Below are positions 23,174 through 37,200 of a stretch of 64,000 nt of DNA, piece by piece (positions within the stretch are counted from its first letter, which is position 1; each line of letters begins with the position of its first letter). Location: positions 410,006,001-410,070,000 of the forward strand of contig OZ024741.1 of the NCBI GenBank assembly GCA_964016885.1. Direction: 5' to 3'. The notes under the pieces are model-generated. The model saw nothing but the letters and a program-made list of their open reading frames with translations. It was not told where the DNA came from and did no database searches. This DNA is from Eledone cirrhosa. Taxonomy: Eukaryota. Made by a program: the position numbers and the translations under genes.

Positions 23174-26100
23174 CATCATCATCATCATCATCAGGTTTAG
23201 CGTCCGTGTTCCACGCTTGCATGGGTTTGGACGGGGGTTTTCCCACTTGAGGCAAGAGTGGTTGTCTTGCTCGCATAGGACTGTCTGGCGGGTTTTCTAC
23301 AGTTGGATGCCCTTCCTAACACCAACCACATTTACAGTGTGGGGCTGGGATGTTTTTACTGTGTTGCCTACACGGCCACATTACAGCGTGGACTGTCTGG
23401 CGGGTTTTCTACAGCTGGATGCCCTTCCTAACACCAACCACATTTACAGTGTGGGGCTGGGAGGTTTTTACCGTGTTGCCTACACGGCCACATTTACAGC
23501 GTGGACTGTGTGTTTTTTGTCGTGACACCTACACGATCTCATTTGTTTCGGCCTGGATGTTGTGTGACCAACATAACTTTACATTGAAAGGGGCGGTGTG
23601 GATGGGGTGGAGGTGGTGGGACGGGGGGGTGTTTTGATAGAGATGCCTACTGACTGTAGTAGGTTTTTACTTGTATTTAGGTAAGGCGGGTCTTCTCTAT
23701 TACTGAGTACCGCCAAAGGTCTCGGTCCAGTGACATTGTCTTGGAGAGGTGTAAGCGTGTGAGGTCGGAATTTATCAGCTCGTCCCATGTTTTTCTGGGT
23801 CTGCCTACTCCGTGGCTACCGTCTATCTTTATTGCCCTGCACTTTGTTATACAGCTGTCGTCTTTCATGCGCATCACGTGACCATACCAACGTAGCCTTC
23901 TCTCGAGTAAACAACATCTGATCCCTCTTATTTCTAATTTTTTCTTTAGTTCGTTTATGCTTTGCAGTTCACGTATATTACTATTGCACATCCAGCGGAG
24001 CATGCAAGCTTCGTTCCTCTCTAGTCTGCGTATATCCTCTGCACACAATGCCCAAGTCTCACTGCCATGCAGCATTGCTGTTCGTATGCAGGCATCGTAT
24101 AACCTGCCTTTCATTTTTAGGGAGAACCCTTTAGCGGCTAATAGTGGTATAAGCTCTCTGAACTTTTTCCATCCAGTTCTGACTTTAGCTACTGTACTTT
24201 CAGAGCACCCTCCCCCACTGCTGATTTTGTCACCCAGGTAACGGAAGCTGTCCACTATTTCTATAGAACCTTCTGCGCAGTTGAAGGAGCTAGTATTTTG
24301 TGGGCACTTGCTGCTACTTATTGCACCAGAGCATCGGCCATATGTAAAATCTGTTCTTAGTTAGCTTACCTGTGATCCCACTACATCTTTTATGCACCCA
24401 TACTTTGCATTTGGGACATAAAATGGAGTTTCTACCTACGCCTTTCCTACACACTGAGCATGGCCATTTCCCAGATGGGACCGCCTCCTTATTTTCTTTC
24501 CTACAAACTAGAACTTTAGTCTTAGCCAGGTTAATTTTAAGGCCTTTTGATTCTAGGCCGTGCTTCCATGTTTGGAATTTCTTCTCTAGTTCGGTCATTG
24601 ATTCAGCTATGAGCGTTAGATCATCTGCGTATAGGAGTTCCCATGGGCAGCCGGTCTTGAACTCCTCTGTTATAGCCTGAAGGGCAATAATAAATAGTAG
24701 GGGGCTAAGAACAGAGCCCTGATGGACACCAACTTTTACGCTAAACTCTTCACTATATTCGTTGTTAATTCTAACCTTACTGACTGTTTCTTTATACATG
24801 GCTTGTATAGCTCTCACAAGCCATTCATCAACACCTAGTTTTCTAAGAGACCACCAGATAATGGAACGGGGGACTCTGTCGAAGGCTTTCTCCAAGTCGA
24901 CGAAAGCTAAGTATAGGGGTTTACTTTTAGCTAGGTACTTCTCCTGTAGTTGTCGTACAATGAAAAGAGCGTCTGTGGTACTTTTGCCTGACACAAACCC
25001 GAACTGCATTTCATCTATATCAATTCTCTCTCTGATTAGTTGCGCTATTACTTTTTCCGTGACCTTCATGACCTGGTCGATTAATTTAATGCCTCTATAG
25101 TTACTCCTATCTAGGGCATCTCCTTTTCCCTTATAGCAGTTAACGATGATGCTGCTACGCCAGTCCTTCGGAACAACCCCATTCTGTACGACTTGGTTAA
25201 CTATCCGGGTGACCATGGTGTGTCCCACCGAACCAGATGCCTTCAGCATCTCAGCAACTATTTCCGAAGGACCAGCCGCCTTACCCGTCTTCATATCTTT
25301 GATTGCCTTGCTTATTGTACTACCCTGGACTAACACTGCTGGTCCCTCTATTGGGTCGATGTGGGGGAGACTGTCTTTCTCCCATTTGTTCTCCTCATTT
25401 AGAAGCCTTTCGTAGTGACACTTCCAAGCTACCTTCTTATCAGCGTCGGTGATGGCAAGTATGCCATCATCGTTAAGTACACACTTCTCCCCGACAATAT
25501 CACGGTTTTCCTTGACACATTGCCTGGCAATCCTGAACACCTCACGTTTTTGGTCCTCACGTTGTAGAACATGCTTGAACTTTCTTTCCTCTGCTTCCCT
25601 TCTTGCGAAGTACACTTGTCTCCTAGCTTCCCTCCTGGCCACTTGATAGTCTTCTCTACTTCCCCCATCCCGCCATACTTTCCAAGCCTGCTTTTTGGCC
25701 TTAATTGACTCCTCCACCTTACTGTTCCACCACCATGTTACTCTCCTCCTACCTACAGGCCTGCTCCAGCCACAGACTTCGTCTGCCGCCGTCAGCAGGT
25801 TTGCTCTCAGGAATTCCCACTGTTCCTCTATATTATACGACTCTAATTGCTCTTCCTTACTGTCGAAAGCGTCAAGTAATATGCTTTGAAATTTATTTCT
25901 GGCTATGGGGTCCTTTAGCTTCCATATTTTTCTCCTGAGGATAGTCCTCTTCCGCTGTCTAGTACGTCTCGTCCTGACTATGAGGTCGCTAATTATCAGT
26001 CTATGTTGGGAGGTGAATTCTTCATGGGGGAGGGATTTAGTGTTAACAACAGACACTCTGTCACGTCTTCTGGTAAGGATATAATCTACCTGGCTTGTGC

Positions 26101-27463
26101 GTTCCCCCGATCTATAGGTGATCAAGTGATTGTCTCGTTTTTTGAAGTTAGTGTTACAGATAGTTAAGTTATTTGCGTTGCAGAATTCCAGGATTCTGGA
26201 GCCTTCCTCATTTCTAGTACCGAACCCGTAGCCTCCATGGATTCCGTCATAGCCGTCACAATGTTGTCCAACGTGACCATTTAGGTCGCCTGCAATAACT
26301 ATATAGTCACTGTCGGTTATTTGGGAGGTAGCGAGCATCAGTGTCTCGTAGAATCTTTCTTTTATAGCGCCAGGCAGTCCGGATTGGGGTGCGTACGCAG
26401 ATATTACTGTCACTGTAGTTTTATTGAGGACAAGTCTTATTTTAATTATTCTGTCGTTCACTCTATTTACGTCTATTATCTTATCTGCCCACTTTTCTGC
26501 TAACATGATTCCTACCCCACCCAGCCCATTGTCATTTCCCACCCAGAAAAGCTTATAGCATCGTTTTTTACCCACAATGAATCTAGCAGACCCGCCCCTC
26601 CACCTGGTCTCTTGGATGCAGCAGACATCAACCTCCTTACGTTCAAGCATTTCTACAACCTCGTTTGAGCGGCCTTTTAAGGTCCCTACATTCATGGTAC
26701 CAACTCTGAAGTTTTGGATTGCGTTTGGTGGGTGGGGTGCAGGGAGGGGTGTGGTTGATGGGGTTGGGGTTATGTTGGCCATCCGCGGCTGCAACAAAGA
26801 GGGTGGGGCTTTGCCCTTTCGTCCGGCAGCATGAGGTGAATTTGTCGTTATCTTTTGCATTGTCTTTGGGTGTCCAGATTCTTCTGACTCTCCAGAAATT
26901 CCCTAGTTCATCCATCATATCGAAAAAGCAACCAGAAGAGCTAGCATAGGTCCTTTACTTGCGATTGGTCCAAATAATAAGGTGGAGAGTGGGGGCGGGA
27001 GGGAGGGGTATGGGGTAGTTTGCGAGGAGCAGAATTATTTTTAGAACAACAGTGAGAAAGAACAGAATTATAGAAAGCCAATTTTGAATACGATTTTTGA
27101 TTCTGGTGGATTGTAAGATATATAGATGAATGAACCGAATGTGGAGAGTTGAGAAGAAATGGATATGTACGTTACATTTCGTAGAAGAAAACTGAACAAG
27201 CGACCATCAATAATAGGAGACAAATTCTGGGTTTAGTCCCCTGTAGCATGGCTTATTTATATTTGGTTGGCAAGGAGTGAGGAGGAGTGTGAGACCAGCG
27301 TATATGATAGAGAGAGTGAGGGGGTGAGAGGCGATTTCAGCAGGCCAAGAGAGAGAGAGGGCAATCCCTAATTTAACCTGGCATAATTTCTTTTTTCGGC
27401 CAAAATGGTTGCAGGAGTATTATTTAGAATTGTAGAAAGACAAACAATTATGAACATGATTTT
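23174..27463 (-). mobile_element. Near full-length RTE-clade LINE (copy D), ~4.3 kb, inserted in the 49-bp satellite
   Basis: It has a ~600-bp 5' leader, a single APE-endonuclease+RT ORF, a 3' UTR and a (GAT)n tail. The satellite reads ...GTGTCTT before the insert and TCTTACATTAG after it (possible 3-4 bp TSD). Confidence 0.96.
23677..26860 (-). pseudogene. RTE ORF (APE endonuclease + reverse transcriptase with PHD-like finger), broken by one 2-bp deletion near 24351
   Basis: Motifs present: MNVGTL, IQETRW, GDLNGH, DYIL, FVDLEKAFDRV, QGSVLSPLLF, YADD and YLG. Copy A reads AAATCTATGTTCTT where D reads AAATCTGTTCTT. Restoring 2 bp joins the 848-aa and 192-aa ORFs into about 1061 aa. Confidence 0.92.
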
Positions 27464-29985
27464 TCTTACATTAGAAATATGGTAGTGAAAGGGTTAAGCA
27501 ACATAGACAGTGTCTTACATTAGAAATATGGTAATGAAAGGGTTAAGCAACATAGACAGTGTCTTACATTAGAAATATGGCAATGAAAGGGTTAAACAAC
27601 ATAGACAGTGTCTTACATTAGTAATATGGTAATGAAAGGGTTAAACAACATAGACAGACTCTTACATTAGAAATACGGTAATGAAATGGTTAAACAGCAT
27701 AGACAGTCTCTTTCATTAGAAATATGGTAATGAAACGGTTAAACAACATAGACAGTGTCTTTAAAAATATTGTAATGAAAGGGTTAAACAACATAGAGAG
27801 TGTCTTACATTAGAAATATGGTAATGAAAGGGTTAAGCAACATAGACAGTGTCTTACATTAGAAATATGGTAATGAAAGGGTTAAGCAACATAGACAGTG
27901 TCTTACATTAGAAATATGGTAATGAAAGGGTTAAACAACATAGACAGTGTTTTCATTAGAAATATCGTAATGAAAGGGTTAAACAACATAGACAGTGTCT
28001 TATATTAGAAATATGGTAATGAAAGGGTTAAACAACATAGACAGTGTTTTCATTAGAAATATCGTAATGAAAGGGTTAAACAACATAGACAGTGTCTTAC
28101 ATTAGAAATATGGCAATGAAAGGGTTAAACAACAAAGACAGTGTCTTACATTAGATATATGGTAATGAAAGTGATAATCAACATAGACAGTGTCTTTCAT
28201 TAGAATTATGGTAATGAAAGGGTTAAACAACATAGACAGTGACTTAGATTAGAAATATAGTAATGAAAGGGTTAAGCAACATAGACAGTGCCTTACATTA
28301 GAAATATGGCAATGAAAGGGTTAACCAACATAGACAGTGTCTTACATTAGAAATATGGTAATGAAAGGGTTAAGCAACATAGACAGTGTCTTACATTAGA
28401 AATATGGTAATGAAAGGGTTAAGCAACATAGACAGTGTCTTACATTAGTAATATGGTAATGAAAGGGTTAAACAACATAGACAGACTCTTACATTAGAAA
28501 TACGGTAATGAAATGGTTAAACAGCATAGACAGTCTCTTTCATTAGAAATATGGTAATGAAAGGGTTAAACAACATAGACGGTGTCTTACATTTGAAATA
28601 TGCTAATGTACGGGTTAAAGAACATAACCAGTGTTTTCATTAGAAATATGGTAATGAAAGGGTTAAAGAACATAGACAGTGTCATACATTAGAAATATGG
28701 TAATGAAAGGGTTAAACAACATAGACAGTGTCTTACATTAGAAATATGGTAATGAAAGGATTAAACAACATAGAGAGTGTCTTACATTAGAAATATGGTA
28801 ATGAAAGGGTTAAACAACAGAGACAGTGTCTTTCATTAGAAATAAGTTAATGAAAGTGTTAAACAACATAGAGGGTGTCTTTAGAAATATGGTAGTGAAA
28901 GGGTTAAGCAGCATAGACAGTGTTTTACCTTAGAAATATGGCAATGAAAGGGTTAAACAACATAGACAGTGTCTTACATTAGAAATATGGTAATAAAAGG
29001 GTAAAAAAACATAGACAGTGTTTGTCATTAGAAATATGGTAATGAAAGGGTTAAACAACATAGACAGTGTCTTAGATTAGAAATATGGCATTGAATGGGT
29101 TAAACAACATAGACAGTGTCTTTCATTAGATATATGGTAATGAAAGGTTTAAACAACAGAGACAGTGTCTTACATTAGAAATATGGCAATGAATGGGTTA
29201 AACAACATAGACAGACTCTTACATTAGAAATATGGTAATGAAGGGGTTAAACAACATAGACAGTGCCTTACATTAGAAATATGGTAATGAAAGTCTTAAA
29301 CAACATAGACAGTGTTTGTCATTAAAAATATGGTAATGAAAGGGTTAAACAACATAGACAGTGTCTTTAGAAATATAGTAATGAAATGGTTAAAGACATA
29401 GACAGTGTCTTACATTAGAAATATGGTAACGAAAGGGTTAAACAACATAGACAGTGTCCTACATTAGAAATATAGTAATGAAATGGTTAAAGACATAGAC
29501 AGTGTCTTACATTAGAAATATGGTAATGAAAGGGTTAAACAACATAGAGAGTGTCTTACATTAGAAATATGGTAATGAAAGGGTTAAACAACAGAGACAG
29601 TGTCTTTCATTAGAAATAAGTTAATGAAAGTGTTAAACAACATAGACAGTGTCTTTCATTAGAAATATGTTAATGAAAGGGTTAAACAACATAGACAGTG
29701 TCTTTCATTAGAAATATGTTAATGAAAGGGTTAAACAACATAAACAGTGACTTTAGAAATATTGCAATGAAAGGGTTAAACAACATAGACAGTGTCTTAC
29801 ATTAGAAATATGGTAATGAAAGGATTAAACAACATAGACAGTGTCTTACATTAGAAATATGGTAATGAAAGGGTTAAAGAGATAGACAGTGTCTTTTATT
29901 AGAAATATGGTAATGAAAGTCTTAAAGATATAGACAGTGTCTTACATTAGAATTATGGTAGTGAAAGGATTAAACAACATAGACA

Positions 29986-31205
29986 ATAATAAATTCCAAA
30001 TTTGGAAGCAGGGACTAGAAAGAAAGAGTCTCAAAGTCAACATGACAAAGACTAAGGTCCTTGTAATTAGACGAGAAAACAGAACCCAGATCCACTCAGG
30101 GAAATGCCCTTGGTCCGTATGTAGGAAAGGTGTAGGTAGGAACTCCATTCTCTGCCCCAAATGCAAACAATGGGTACACAAGAGATGTAGCGGGATCTCA
30201 GGAAGCTTAATTAAGAATGTAGGCTTCACATGCAGCAGCTGTGCTGAGACAGCAAGCAGCAAACAGCCACAGGAAACAGGTACCACCAATCTCTGGGAGG
30301 GCCCTGTAGAGACAGTAGACAGCTTCTGCTACCTAGGTGACCGAATTAGCAGCGGAGGTGGGTGTTCAGAAAGTACAATAACTAGGGTAAGAACGGGATG
30401 GAAGAAGTTTAGGGAACTACTACCACTGCTAGCTGCAAAAGGCTTCTCCCTCAGAATGAAAGGCAGACTGTATGATGCGTGTATCCGAACAGCGATGTTG
30501 CATGGTAGTGAGACCTGGGCGCTGAAGGTGGAAGACTTACGTAGATTAGAGAGAAACGAAGCCTGCATGCTCCGATGGATGTGTAATAGTAATATACGCG
30601 AACGACAAAGCATAAATGAATTCAGAGAGAGATTGAGCATAAGAGGAATCAAATGCTGTGTGCAGGAGAGGCGGTTGCACTGGTATGGACATGTGATGCG
30701 TATGAAGAATGACAGCTGCATAAAAAGGTGCAGAGCACTAGAAGTTGATGGAAACCGCGGAGTGGGGAGACCCAAGATGACCTGGAATGAGGTGATAAAA
30801 GCCGACCTTACCCAATTACACCTCTCAAAGACAATGACACACGACGGTGACTTTTGGCGTCACGCAGTAATACAGAGTACCCGACCTCCCATGGGTAAAA
30901 GCTGAAGCATATAGACAATATGCCCCCACACCCCCCACCGTAAAGTGTTCGTGGAGGTGCCACGGCAAAAAAGCACCCAGCCCACACTGTAAAGTGGATG
31001 TGTAGGCGCCACGAAAAAGCACCCAGCACTCACTGTAAATGAGGTTGGTGTTAGGAAGGGCATCCAGCTGTAGAAATCAAGCCAGATCAGTTCCTGTATG
31101 TGCAAGACATGGTCACATGACCTGCCATTGACCATAACAGGACAACCTGTCTAACCCATGCTAGCGTGGAAGAACGGACGTAAAACGGTGATGATGATGA
31201 TGATG
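29986..31205 (+). mobile_element. RTE LINE, 5'-truncated, related subfamily (copy E), inserted in the 49-bp satellite
   Basis: RT C-terminal ORF from KFQIWKQGLE to the stop at 30905, then a 3' UTR and (GAT)n tail. The TSD AGACA is at 29981-29985 and 31206-31210. Confidence 0.94.
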
Positions 31206-34200
31206 AGACAGTGTCTTACATTAGAATTATGGTAATAAAAGGATTAAACAACATTGAGAATGTCTTTCATTAGAAATATGGTAATGGGAGGGTTAAACAA
31301 CATAGACAGTGTCTTACATTAGAAATATGGTAATGAAAGGGTTAAACAACATAGACAGTGTCTTACATTAGAAATATGGTAATGAAAGGGTTAAACAAAA
31401 TTGACAGTTTCTTACATTAGAAATATGGTAGTGAAAGGGTTAAAAAACATAGACAGTGTCTTTCATTAGAAATATGGTAATGAAAGGGTTAAACAACATA
31501 GACAGTGTCTTACATTAGAAATATGGTAATGAAAGGGTTAAACAACATAGACAGTGTCTTACATTAGAAATATGGTAATGAAAGGGTTAAACAACATAGA
31601 CAGTGTCTTACATTAGAAATATGGTAATGAAAGGGTTAAACAACATAGACAGTGCCTTACATTAGAAATATGGTAATGAAAGGGTTAAACAACATGGACA
31701 GTGTCTTACATTAAAAATATGGTAATGAAAGGGTTAAACAACATAGACAGTGTCTTACATTAGAAATATGGTAATGAAAGGGTTAAACAACATAGACAGT
31801 GTCTTACATTAGAAATATGGTAATGAAAGGGTTAAACAACAAAGACAGTGTCTTACATTAGAAATATGGTAATGAAAGGGTTAAACAACATAGACAGTGT
31901 CTTACATTAGAAATATGGTAGTGAAAGGGTTAAACAACATAGACAGTGTCTTTCATGAGAAATATGGTAATGAAAGGGTTAAACAACATAGACAGTGTCT
32001 TACATTAGAAATATGATAATGAAAGGGTTAAACAACATAGACAGTGTCTTACGTTAGAAATATGGTAGTGAAACGGTTAAACAACATAGACAGTGTCTTA
32101 CATTAGAAATATGGTAGTGAAAGGGTTAAACAACATAGACAGTGTCTTACATTAGAAATATGGTAGTGAAAGGGTTAAACAACATAGACAGTGTCTTACA
32201 TTAGAAATATGGTAGTGAAACGGTTAAACAACATAGACAGTGTCTTACATTAGAAATATGGTAGTGAAAGGGTTAAACAGCATAGACAGTGTCTTTCATG
32301 AGAAATATGGTAATGAAAGGGTTAAACAACATAGATAGTGTCTTTCATTAGAAATATGGTAATGAAAGAGTTAAACAACATTGACAGTGTCTTTCATTAG
32401 AAATATGGTAATGAAAGGGTTAAACAACATAGACTGTGTCTTACATTAGAAATATGGTAATGAAAGGGTTAAACAACATAGAGAGTGTCTTTCATTAAAA
32501 ATATGGTAATGAAAGGGTTAAACAACATAGACAGTGTCTTACATTAGAAATATGGTAATGAAAGGGTTAAACAATATAGACAGTGTCTTTAATTAGAAAT
32601 ATGGTAATGAAAGGGTTAAACAAGATAGACAGTGTCTTTCATTAGAAATATGGTAATGAAAGGGTTAAACAACATAGACAGTGTCTTACATTAGAAATAT
32701 GGTAATGAAAGGGTTAAACAACATAGACAGTGTCTTTCATGAGAAATATGGTAATGAAAGGGTTAAACAACATAGACAGTGTCTTTAATTAGAAATATGG
32801 TAATGGAAGGGTTAAAGAACATAGACAGTGTCTTTAGAAATATTGTAATGAAAGGGTTAAACAACATAGACAGTGTCTTTCATCAGAAATATGGTAATGG
32901 AATGGGTTAAACAACATTGACAGTGTCTTACGTTAGATATATGGGAATGTAAGGATTAAACAATATAGACAGTATCTTTGAAATATGAAAATGAATGAGT
33001 TAAACAACATAGACAGTGTCTTACATTAGAAATCTGATAATGAAAGGGGTAAAGAACATGGACAGTGTCTTTAGAAATATTGTAATGAAAGGGTTAATGA
33101 CATAGACAGTGTCTTACAATAGAAATTTGGTAATCAAAGGGTTAAACAACATAGACTGTGTGTTACATTAGCAATATGGTAATGAAAGGGTTAAACAACA
33201 TAGACAGTGTCTTTCATTAGAAATATGGTAATGGAAGGGTTAAACAACATAGACAGTGTCTTTCATTAGAAATATGGTAATGAAAGGGTTAAACAACATA
33301 GACAGTGTCTTACATTAGAAATATGGTAGTGAAAGGGTTAAACAACAGAGACAGTGTCTTACATTAGAAATATGGTAATGAAAGGGTTAAACAACATAGA
33401 CAGTGTCTTACATTAGAAATATGGTAATGAAAGGGTTAAACAACATAGACAGTGTCTTACATTAGAAATATGGTAATGAAAGGGTTAAACAACACAGACA
33501 GTGTCTTTCATTAGAAATATGGTAATGAAAGGGTTAAACAACATAGACAGTGTCTTACATTAGAAATATGGTAATGAAAGGGTTAAACAACATAGACAGT
33601 GTCTTACATTAGAAATATGGTAATGAAAGGGTTAAACAACATAGACAGTGTCTTTCATTAGAAATATGGTAATGAAAGGGTTAAACAAATGAGACTGTTA
33701 CATTAGAAATATGGTAATGAAAGGGTTAAACAACATAGACAGTGTCTTACATTAGAAATATGGTAATGAAAGGGTTAAACAACATAGAGAGTGTCTTTCA
33801 TTAAAAATATGGTAATGAAAGGGTTAAACAACATAGACAGTGTCTTACATTAGAAATATGGTAATGAAAGGGTTAAACAACATAGACAGTGTCTTTCATT
33901 AGAAATATGGTAATGGAAGGGTTAAACAACATAGACAGTGTCTTTAGAAATATTGTAATGAAAGGGTTAAACAACATAGACAGTGTCTTTCATCAGAAAT
34001 ATGGTAATGGAATGGGTTAAACAACATTGACAGTGTCTTACGTTAGATATATGGGAATGTAAGGGTTAAACAATATAGACAGTATCTTTGAAATATGGAA
34101 ATGAATGAGTTAAACAACATAGACAGTGTCTTACATTAGAAATCTGATAATGAAAGGGTTAAAGAACATAGACAGTGTCTTTAGAAATATTGTAATGAAA

Positions 34201-37200
34201 GGGTTAATGACATAGACAGTGTCTTACAATAGAAATTTGGTAATCAAAAGGTTAAACAATATAGACAGTGTGTTACATTAGAAATATGGTAATGAAAGGG
34301 TGAACGACATAGACAGTGTCTTACAATAGAAATTTGGTAATGAAAGGGTTAAACAACATAGACAGTGTCTTACATTAGAAATATGGTAATGAAAGGGTTA
34401 AACAACATAGACAGTGTCTTACATTAGAAATATGGTAATGAAAGAGTTAAACAACAGAGACAGTGTCTTACATTAGAAATATGGTAATGAAAGGGAAAAT
34501 CAACATAGACAGTGTCTTTCATTAGAAATATGGTAATGGAAGTGTTAAACAACATAGACAGTGTCTTACATTAGAAATATGGTAGTGAAAGGGTTAAACA
34601 ACAGAGACAGTGTCTTGCATTAGAAATATGGTAATGAAAGAGTTAAACAACATAGACAGTGTCTTACATTAGAAATATGGTAATGAAAGGGTTAAACAAC
34701 ATAGACAGTGTCTTACATTAGAAATATGGTAATGAAAGGGTTAAACAACATAGAGAGTGTCTTACATTAGAAATATGGTAATGAAAGGGTTAAACAACAT
34801 AGACGGTATCTTTGAAATATGGAAATGAATGAGTTAAACAACATAGACAGTGTCTTACATTAGAAATCTGATAATGAAAGGGTTAAAGAACATAGACAGT
34901 ATCTTTCGAAATATTGTAATGTAAGGGTTAATGTCATAGACAGTGTCTTACAATAGAAGTTTGGTAATCAAAGGGTTAAACAACATAGACTGTGTGTTAC
35001 ATTAGAAATATGGTAATGAAAGGGTTAAACAACATAGACAGTGTCTTACATTAGAAATATGGTAATGAAAGAGTTAAACAACAGAGACAGTGTCTTACAT
35101 TAGAAATATGGTAATGAAAGGGTTAAACAACATAGACAGTGTCTTTCATGAGAAATATGGTAATGAAAGGGTTAAACAACATAGCGAGTGTCTTACAATA
35201 GAAATATGGTAATGAAAGGGTTAAACAACATAGACAGTGTCTTACATTAGAAATATGGTAGTGAAAGGGTTAAACAACATAGACAGTGTCTTTCATGAGA
35301 AATATGGTAATGAAAGGGTTAAACAACATAGACAGTGTCTTTCATTAGAAATATGGTAATGAAAGGGTTAAACAACATAGACAGTGTCTTACATTAGAAA
35401 TATGGTAATGAAAGGGTTAAACAACATAGACAGTGTCTTACATTAGAAATATGGTAGTGAAAGGGTTAAACAACATAGACAGTGTCTTACATTAGAAATA
35501 TGGTAGTGAAAGGGTTAAACAACATAGACAGTGTCTTACATTAGAAATATGGTAGTGAAAGTGTTAAACAACATAGACAGTGTCTTTCATGAGAAATATG
35601 GTAATGAAAGGGTTAAACAACATACACAGTGTCTTTCATTAGAAATATGGTAATGAAAGGGTTAAACAAATAGACAGTGTCTTACATTAGAAATATGGTA
35701 ATGAAAGGGTTAAACAACACAGACAGTGTCTTTCATTAGAAATATGGTAATGAAAGTGTTAAACAACATAGACAGTGTCTTACATTAGAAATATGGTAAT
35801 GAAAGGGTTAAACAACATAGACAGTGTCTTACATTAGAAATATGGTAATGAAAGGGTTAAACAACATAGACAGTGTCTTTCATTAGAAATATGGTAATGA
35901 AAGGGTTAAACAAATGAGACTGTTACATTAGAAATATGGTAATGAAAGGGTTAAACAACATAGACAGTGTCTTACATTAGAAATATGGTAATGAAAGGGT
36001 TAAACAACATAGAGAGTGTCTTTCATTAAAAATATGGTAATGAAAGGGTTAAACAACATAGACAGTGTCTTACATTAGAAATATGGTAATGAAAGGGTTA
36101 AACAACATAGACAGTGTCTTTCATTAGAAATATGGTAATGGAAGGGTTAAACAACATAGACAGTGTCTTTAGAAATATTGTAATGAAAGGGTTAAACAAC
36201 ATAGACAGTGTCTTTCATCAGAAATATGGTAATGGAATGGGTTAAACAACATTGACAGTGTCTTACGTTAGATATATGGGAATGTAAGGGTTAAACAATA
36301 TAGACAGTATCTTTGAAATATGGAAATGAATGAGTTAAACAACATAGACAGTGTCTTACATTAGAAATCTGATAATGAAAGGGTTAAAGAACATAGACAG
36401 TGTCTTTAGAAATATTGTAATGAAAGGGTTAATGACATAGACAGTGTCTTACAATAGAAATTTGGTAATCAAAAGGTTAAACAATATAGACAGTGTGTTA
36501 CATTAGAAATATGGTAATGAAAGGGTGAACGACATAGACAGTGTCTTACAATAGAAATTTGGTAATGAAAGGGTTAAACAACATAGACAGTGTCTTACAT
36601 TAGAAATATGGTAATGAAAGGGTTAAACAACATAGACAGTGTCTTACATTAGAAATATGGTAATGAAAGAGTTAAACAACAGAGACAGTGTCTTACATTA
36701 GAAATATGGTAATGAAAGGGAAAATCAACATAGACAGTGTCTTTCATTAGAAATATGGTAATGGAAGTGTTAAACAACATAGACAGTGTCTTACATTAGA
36801 AATATGGTAGTGAAAGGGTTAAACAACATAGACAGTGTCTTTCATGAGAAATATGGTAATGAAAGGGTTAAACAACATAGACAGTGTCTTTCATTAGAAA
36901 TATGGTAATGAAAGGGTTAAACAACATAGACAGTGTCTTACATTAGAAATATGGTAATGAAAGGGTTAAACAACATAGACAGTGTCTTACATTAGAAATA
37001 TGGTAGTGAAAGGGTTAAACAACATAGACAGTGTCTTACATTAGAAATATGGTAGTGAAAGGGTTAAACAACATAGACAGTGTCTTACATTAGAAATATG
37101 GTAGTGAAAGTGTTAAACAACATAGACAGTGTCTTTCATGAGAAATATGGTAATGAAAGGGTTAAACAACATACACAGTGTCTTTCATTAGAAATATGGT

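Noticed and set aside
26861-27463. HDV-like ribozyme or ORF1 in the RTE 5' leader
   Set aside because: I could not identify a nested double pseudoknot or a convincing ORF by eye. A structure search would be needed to exclude one.
29937-29985. N-terminus of the 322-aa ORF as a satellite-LINE fusion protein
   Set aside because: It is an accidental in-frame run from a satellite GTG into a truncated RTE, with no real start codon.
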